Shown here: in pieces, positions 60,068 to 64,000 of the stretch
Position numbering within the stretch: position 1 is the first letter of the stretch
Layout of the letters: each line of letters starts with the position of its first letter
Source: Asterias rubens
Taxonomy: Eukaryota
NCBI RefSeq assembly: GCF_902459465.1
Contig: NC_047071.1
Location: forward strand, 3,100,001 to 3,164,000
Length of the DNA stretch: 64,000 bases
Direction: 5' to 3'
The notes under the pieces: generated by a model
Database searches by the model: none
Told to the model about the DNA's origin: nothing
Seen by the model: the letters and a program-made list of their open reading frames with translations, nothing else
Translations under genes and position numbers: made by a program

Positions 60068-63000
60068 ATGGTAAGGTATTTCACATCTCAAATGAACTAG
60101 CTTTTGATGACTTTATTGTTAATATTTTGAAAGGAATTGTTAGTATTTTTTATTACTGATTTTAAAACTATAAAAAGTGAACCAACTCGATCATCCAATG
60201 CAAAAACTGAACACACAAGATAATTACATGAATAGTCGGCCCCACATCATGTTTTACGCAGGAAAGTACTTCCACCGCAGCAAGTTGAATCGTGATGTGT
60301 GATGATCTTTCGAATGGAAACTTGCCCTTTTTCGACAAATTTCCCCCAAATCACTTGTCTAAATTGAATTTATGTTTATCATAGTTTCTTAAAAGTTAAT
60401 TTGTTCCTCTGACGCTGCTGAGTCCGAGTCCTGCCTGCAAAACCTGCAGGTCAATGCCGGTCATGCCACTCAAACTAGGCCTACCCCTTGTTTTATTAAA
60501 AATTGAGGATGCAAAGCATCACCATAGTTTTGCCATCACGACACAACAGAAAAGTTCTGTTGTTAAATGTTTTACATTAATAACATTTTTTAAAACAATT
60601 TTAACAGCACTGTTCTGCTCTACGCAGATGCGCCGTAATAAAAAAATCTTTGAAACAGTGAAAAGGGCAGAATAACAAAGTAATCTTTGATCTGTGATGA
60701 TAATTTTACAAACAATTATAATTTATGATTTTTTTTGGTTTTAATCTTTTACCCTCCACAGCCTCAGAATGAGTATATGGAACTGCATAGAAAGCGGTAT
60801 GGATACCGGCTTGATTATCACGAGAGAAAGTGAGTGAATCATCTTGAAAATAAAACTCTATTAAAAACTGAAGAGTTTGTTCTTAGACATGCTAAAACGA
60901 AAAATAAATAGATTCATGTTTTGTTGCTGTCGATAGATATGCTCAGACCCTACTCTAGAACGATGAGGTTATTTCCGCATGGAGACGATAGCCGAACGAA
61001 CTTCATAGTTCTAAGAGTACTCAGAATTAGTGTTGTAACATAACAAAAATGACAGGAAACTTAGTGTAAAATGCGCCTCAACTCAATGATGTGCAATTCT
61101 TTATCGTTAGCGAACCAGTCCACACTGGAATGTGCAAACCTACTGTTTTTGCATGTACCCTCACATTTTTGATAACATTTCGGTCTTGTTATTTTGTTGT
61201 GTCCCACAGGAGAAAGAAGGAGGCTCGAGAGCCCCACGAGAGAGCCAAGAAAGCCAAGATGCTAACGGGAATTAAGTAAGTAGAAAGAAGAAAGATCGGC
61301 AACGGATTTTAAAGAAAAAGGAATAGCATTTGAAGGCCTGGACGACTAGTGAAATTTACTACTCTACTAGCCACACCAGTCGCCCAGGCTTTAAAAGCAT
61401 TTGCAGACAAATAATTTTTGACAGTTTGACTGCTGCATTATTGTTTTATTTAAAAACATGAGAATGAATATGAAATGACTTTTCAAAGAACCAAAAAAAG
61501 TGTCTATTTTTATTGTTTGATTAAAATGAGAAATCAAGATGCACCGTGTGTGAAAATTAACTAATTTATTTCTTCTTTCCTTCAGAGCGAAATTGTTCAA
61601 CAAGAAGAGACATTCAGAGAAAATACAGATGAAGAAGACGTAAGTGTGATCAGAACAAAACTTGTTTACATTCTTTAAAATTATTTATTTTGTATTATAT
61701 GTATGATTGTGTTATTTTGTATCCCCAGGGAACAATTTTATTTTCAACATGTTATTGTCAATCTTTGGGAAAGAAAGATGAAAAAAACAAAAACATTTCT
61801 TCTCACTTTCAGGATCAAAATGCACGAGGACAAACTGAACAAGAAGCGCAAAACCGACGAGGTTCCAGAGGGCGCTGTTCCTGCGTATCTCCTTGACCGT
61901 GAGGGTCAGTCTCGAGCCAAGGTCCTCTCTAATATGGTCAAGCAGAAGAGGAAGGAGAAAGCCGGAAAGTGGGACGTCCCGATCCCGAAGACGAGGGGTG
62001 TGTCGGAGCACGAGGTGTTTAAGGTGCTGAAGACGGGCAAGAGGAAAGGTAAAGAAATCCGCGATAGTGACGTTTATTAAGAGAATCCCCTCGATCCACT
62101 AGAGAGAAAGCATTTAGTCCTGGTGTCCCAGGGAAATCTGTCCGCCTCAGATTTTCTCCCTCATATGAGAAATGAACATGGGCTGAAGGAGGACGAGTCA
62201 AAAGGGGGTGGAGAATCTGCTGCCACACCGGCCGATTAAAAACCAAGACTTTCTTTTTAATACTGAGATGTCTCCCGAATTCTGAAAATCTACTCCGCGG
62301 TAGCTAAGAAGTCTCCTGAATTCTCCATAAATCTACTCGACAGCAGTAGAATAATACAAGACAATTTCTCAAAAGCACATAATCTTCCTGGCAAGTAGAT
62401 ACACACATGGTGTTGCCTCAAACCAAATTTATTAATCATGCTCTTTTGTATTCGTCGTTTTCTTAAAGGCAAAGCTTGGAAGAGAATGGTGACCAAAGTT
62501 TGTTACGTCGGCGAAGGATTCACAAGAAAACCACCAAAGTATGAAAGATTCATCAGACCGATGGTAAGTAAAGCTTTCATGGCAACCGGAGAGTTACAAA
62601 AGAAAAGAAAGCAATTAATTTGAAACCTCCTGCCACAATTTTATCCAAGTGGGGCAGACACAGTTTTCAAGATTGCATCAGACAAAAAAACAAAACAAGG
62701 CTAAAAGGAATGACCTGGTTGTCAGGGACATCAAAGAGATTGTTTAAAGTTTTAGCAATTCTTTCATTTAATTCCAGGGTTTACGTTTCAAGAAGGCCCA
62801 CGTAACACATCCAGAACTGAAGGCTACATTCTGCCTGCCACTCATCGGAGTCAAGAAGAACCCCAACTCGCCTCTATACACACAACTAGGTGTCATCACA
62901 AAGGGAACCATAGTAGAGGTGAGAGGTCATAGGTTATACAGGGTGACCTAGTTTTTTGTTACAGGTGTATATCATGCTCGATATGTTCCTAAACTTTTAT

Positions 63001-63821
63001 CACACTATTTTCCTCTGAAGAACAACTGAGTTTCCAAGCACACCATGCCCATATAAGGCGCCAATTATAAGGTGCCGTCTTGTTGTGCTATTTTTGGATA
63101 CAAGGGGCCGAATCTACCCCTGAGTTGAGGATGCAAATTTAGTGCACATTTTATTCTAAGTGGAATATTGCAAATTCTATCAGCGTTATTCTACTGATTG
63201 TTATTTTTAAAAGTACCAATTATCATGATTAACAGGGAAGGCAGAAGTCTTAAGAAATAGTGCTCCCTATAAATTTTGGAAGGATTGTGTTTTAACTGCC
63301 GTTTCTTGACTGTATTTCTGAATTTTTGCTTTTAGGTGAATGTGAGCGAGTTGGGTCTGGTAACACAGGGAGGAAAAGTTGTATGGGGTAAGTGCCATCA
63401 AATACACCAAAAGTGATTTTGGAGAATACTATTTGGGGGGCGGAGGGAAGTCAAGTTTTTTTGCCAAAATAGTTAAGCAACACAATCCCCTTGGATTGGG
63501 CACTTTGGGCTATAATAAAAGTGCTTGTTATGAAATGAATATGGTTGGAAAGATGTTTTTAAAGTAGAATATAATATTGCACAAAAACATCCCTCAAGAT
63601 TGTGTGGTTTCTTCACTTGGTGAATTAACACCGACTGCCATTTTGTAAAACTAAACTTTGTTGACTCCACAAAATTACAGCCCTGTTTCTATCAAAGTGC
63701 AACTAACAATTTGACAGGAACATAACAACTTTTGTTCCCATTTTTTTTTGCAGGTAAATATGCACAGGTGACGAACACTCCCGAGAATGATGGCTGCATC
63801 AACGCTGTATTACTTGTATGA
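60068..63821 (+). CDS. NSA2: Ribosome biogenesis protein NSA2 homolog, 260 aa
   Basis: Exons 60068-60070 (ATG|gtaagg), 60762-60829, 61210-61275, 61586-61639, 61813-62048, 62469-62563, 62778-62918, 63336-63387 and 63754-63821 total 783 nt. They translate to [22 protein letters not shown]...[22 protein letters not shown]...[49 protein letters not shown]...[11 protein letters not shown], a near-identical match to recalled NSA2. Confidence 0.98.
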
Positions 63822-64000
63822 AAAGAAACGAACTGTAGAGAAATGACCGTTATTGAGTTGAGCTTGAGAATCCACAATGGAATCCTGTGTACTTTATCAA
63901 TGGAGCTTGAGATTGGCGTTGGGATCGAGTGGTTAGACTGCCTGGCTTGTGTTTGTTAAAATGTGGTGCGAATCCCACATAGACCGCCCCACACACAAAT

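Noticed and set aside
60295-60415. C/D snoRNA in NSA2 intron 1 (GTGATGA at about 60299, CTGA at about 60409)
   Set aside because: There is no terminal stem, the interior is AT-rich, and no rRNA-complementary guide is recognisable.

Overview
Animal genomic DNA: AT-rich, GT-AG introns, dense with MITEs. It is probably from an invertebrate deuterostome such as an echinoderm/sea star (inferred from gene content and repeat style). There is no prokaryotic, CRISPR, rRNA or true tRNA content. I assembled five protein-coding genes by hand from splice sites and reading phase. (1) A pentameric subgroup-B thrombospondin on the minus strand, 3' end off the left edge: signal peptide, LamG/TSPN domain, coiled coil with CxxC. 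(2) A complete 7-exon alpha-arrestin (ARRDC, 391 aa, PPxY), minus strand, with a 10.8-kb first intron. (3) An intronless class A GPCR of the moody/Tre1/GPR84-like type (395 aa), plus strand. (4) A complete ER-anchored CREB3-family bZIP factor (458 aa), minus strand. (5) NSA2 (260 aa), plus strand, head-to-head with the CREB3 gene. The intergenic and intronic DNA holds several MITE families (TTAA/Kolobok-type, CWG/Harbinger-type, TA-type), SINE remnants and a palindromic minisatellite inside an inverted duplication. The most interesting points are four. TSP-B, ARRDC, CREB3L and NSA2 lie together in 63 kb, mirroring the human 1q21-22/19p13/5q13-14 paralogous regions. CREB3/UPRE-type sites occur both in the CREB3L promoter and in a triplicated module upstream of the thrombospondin. 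A Harbinger-type MITE has hit the same position of a Kolobok-type TIR twice. There is a decayed duplicate of ARRDC exon 5. No database search could be run; family calls rest on recalled motifs.
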